Below are positions 18,092-20,000 of a stretch of DNA of 20,000 nucleotides, piece by piece; the stretch's first letter is position 1, and each line of letters starts with the position of its first letter. The translations under genes were made by a program, and so were the position numbers. The DNA is from an uncultured virus (IMG/VR IMGVR_UViG_3300026518_000010). Lineage: Duplodnaviria > Heunggongvirae > Uroviricota > Caudoviricetes. Under the pieces are notes generated by a model, which saw only the letters and a list, made by a program, of their open reading frames with translations, was not told where the DNA came from and did no database searches. The stretch lies in IMG/VR virus record IMGVR_UViG_3300026518_000010, one strand, 5' to 3'.

Positions 18092-18429
18092 GAATCTGAC
18101 TTAAATTTAGAAATTTACTGTTTAAAGAGAATAAGACTTTGAAAAACAGAAAATAAAATTAAATATAAAAAACTAAAAGAAAAATGAAGAAGAGAAAAGA
18201 GATTTAAGAATTTAAGTTAGATTCTGAAAAAGCATATATTGATACAAAAAAGTATCGAGAGAATTTGTCCCAATTTTCTAATTTAAATTTAAAGCATATG
18301 GTATTGAATTTATAACTGACATTAAGTTAACAAAAAATTCGCTAGTATAGCTTTAAATCGTGTGGTAAAAAACAAAAATAATACTAGTTGCCATTTTGTA
18401 TTATTTATTTACGAGTTTTGTCTTTTTTA

Positions 18430-18880
18430 GTAAAGTAGGAAGTTTTATACTTCTTGCTTTATGAACTTTTTTAATTAAAAATTTACTTTATGCTATATAG
18501 TGACAGCGTAAGTAAAACAACATCAAACACAATTTTTAGAATAGACTTGTTGAACATACAGTCCTATTTGATAATCCAAGGCTACACACCTAAGTTAAAA
18601 AAAATTACAGCTTTTACTCGTTCCGAACATAGATAAAAATTCCAGAGTGTCATTGAGAGTTAATGTTACTTGCGCATTAGCAATTAGAAAATACATAAAC
18701 GTTACTTTACTTTTCCATATGGTAGCTGCAATGTAATTCTCTTTTTTTGTTTACTAATTTTAGATTTTTAATAAAATCTTACGCTGTCGTAAATATTTCC
18801 TTTAATTTAGTTTTTTTACTCGGACTAAATATTTAATATCTAAGTAGAGCGTACCTCTACTTAGATACTCCTTTTTTTTA
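18430..18880 (+). ncRNA. Candidate structured non-coding RNA
   Basis: No long ORF. Long-range helix 18500-18512/18778-18790, several internal stems with plus-strand G-U pairs, and a terminator at the 3' end. Confidence 0.45.
18837..18880 (+). terminator. Plus-strand intrinsic terminator upstream of the nuclease gene
   Basis: TATCTAAGTAGAG-cgtac-CTCTACTTAGATA followed by ctcc and a T-run. Confidence 0.75.
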
Positions 18881-18926
18881 TTTTATAATGATTATTTAAA
18901 CAAATTATAAAATACAAAGGATGTGA

Positions 18927-19685
18927 ATGAACAATGGAACAGAAAGATATAGTGTTTTATTCTTTATCGTTAGTATATTTTTATTGTTTACTACAAATCT
19001 ATTTGGTTATGAGCCATATGGGAAAAGGTGGTTAAACATGAAAATATTAGATATGAATAAAGTAGATAAAAGGGTAAATTTAAGAATAGAAGCAAAATGT
19101 GATCAGGTATTAACTAATCCAGGTAGTTATATATGTTACGATTATAAATCTAAAGGACCTTTATTTAACATATATACTGCTGACAATAGAGTTAATAAAG
19201 TTAATCTTAAACATAGATTAAAATTTAGACCAGATAAAAGAATACCTGTAGAGTATAGAAGTGATATTAGATGCTTTGCTAATAATGATTACGATTTAGG
19301 ACATTTAAAACCAGATGCTGATGCCGACTGGAGTGTTAAAAGTTTAAAATATACTTATTTAATGTCTAATGTCGTACCACAACCATCTAAGATAAATAGA
19401 TATGTGATTTCTAAATGGGAAGATGTTGAAAGAGATATGACTAAAGTTGGAGTTATTATTGTTATAACTGGAGCTGATTATTATAATAGTCAACATTTAA
19501 ATAACGATTGTAATTGTACAAGCTTACCTAAAGATTATTATAAAATAATATTTGTTAAAAATAGTGATGGCAATTATTATCCTAATATGATGTTTGTGGC
19601 TTATAAGTATGGTAAAGTTAAGTTCTACTCTAAAGAAAGATATATTTATAATTTTTTAAGAAGAAGAGGAATTAAAATTTTATAA
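18927..19685 (+). CDS. DNA/RNA non-specific endonuclease (NucA/Serratia nuclease/EndoG family) with N-terminal signal or membrane anchor
   Basis: F-x-PD-x-RIP, YDLGHLKP (DxGH catalytic His), MSNVVPQ...IN...W...E, VITG and LP..YYKI. Hydrophobic N-terminus YSVLFFIVSIFLLFTTNLFG. AAGGATG SD. Confidence 0.92.
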   Translation: MNNGTERYSVLFFIVSIFLLFTTNLFGYEPYGKRWLNMKILDMNKVDKRVNLRIEAKCDQVLTNPGSYICYDYKSKGPLFNIYTADNRVNKVNLKHRLKFRPDKRIPVEYRSDIRCFANNDYDLGHLKPDADADWSVKSLKYTYLMSNVVPQPSKINRYVISKWEDVERDMTKVGVIIVITGADYYNSQHLNNDCNCTSLPKDYYKIIFVKNSDGNYYPNMMFVAYKYGKVKFYSKERYIYNFLRRRGIKIL

Positions 19686-19796
19686 ATAGCTATATTATGA
19701 AGAGATAGTATCATGAATCGAATAACCTTTTTTAGATTTTTTATAACCAATATACTACATAAGAAATCTATCTCTTCACTTATAACAAATAATTAA

Positions 19797-19826
19797 ATAA
19801 CTAAGTAGAATATTCTACTTAGTTAT
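19797..19826. terminator. 30-bp perfect palindrome; probable terminator of the nuclease gene
   Basis: ATAACTAAGTAGAAT|ATTCTACTTAGTTAT with a T-rich tail. Confidence 0.7.
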
Positions 19827-19877
19827 ATTTTATATTTTACACAAAAAAAAGAAAAGACAGAAGCCTATGATAGGCAT

Positions 19878-19899
19878 AGGTGATCTTTAAAGATCACCT
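19878..19899 (-). terminator. 22-bp perfect palindrome centred on the stop codon of the partial minus-strand gene
   Basis: AGGTGATCTTT|AAAGATCACCT, followed by a small hairpin GCCTAT-g-ATAGGC (19863-19875) and U-runs. Confidence 0.6.
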
Positions 19900-20000
19900 T
19901 CATACACTTCTGGTAAAACCCATTGTTTACGTGCATCAGTGTATGATGTTTCGTCTATCATTTTTGCTTTGCCTTTCATTGGTTCATTAGGAACACCTAG
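19887..20000 (-). CDS. 3' end of a gene entering from the right edge (hypothetical, partial)
   Basis: Open frame LGVPNEPMKGKAKMIDETSYTDARKQWVLPEVYEGDL* with TAA at 19889-19887. Confidence 0.65.
   Translation of the reverse strand, partial: LGVPNEPMKGKAKMIDETSYTDARKQWVLPEVYEGDL

Noticed and set aside
18430..18830. tmRNA, RNase P RNA, tRNA or group I intron identity for the structured region
   Set aside because: No tRNA-like acceptor/T-arm ends, no convincing RNase P P4 pair and no recognisable intron core or host gene. It is left as an unassigned ncRNA candidate.
17548..18926. CRISPR array
   Set aside because: No regularly spaced direct repeats with unique spacers.

Overview
This is a very AT-rich segment (roughly a quarter GC by eye) of a phiKZ-like jumbo phage (Chimalliviridae-type) genome. 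It carries the phiKZ gp118-gp123-like block: a divergent DnaB-like helicase, a gp119-like gene, the major capsid protein, two conserved hypotheticals and the non-virion RNA polymerase beta N-terminal subunit. It also has a cluster of probable virion/fibre genes, the gp74-gp75-like pair (nvRNAP beta' C-terminal subunit and SF2 helicase), and a probably exported NucA-type DNA/RNA non-specific endonuclease. A microhomology-bounded tandem duplication created a second MazG-like gene and a chimeric RNAP-start mini-ORF. The most striking element lies in the ~1.4 kb ORF-free region (17548-18926): a 248-nt near-perfect fold-back (17778-18025). All 22 of its transition mismatches become G-T/G-U wobbles on the minus strand only, and it is capped by a C-GTA-G triloop. 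A second, plus-strand, G-U-rich multi-stem region ending in a terminator follows and is a candidate large ncRNA. All family assignments come from motifs and recalled synteny, not database searches.
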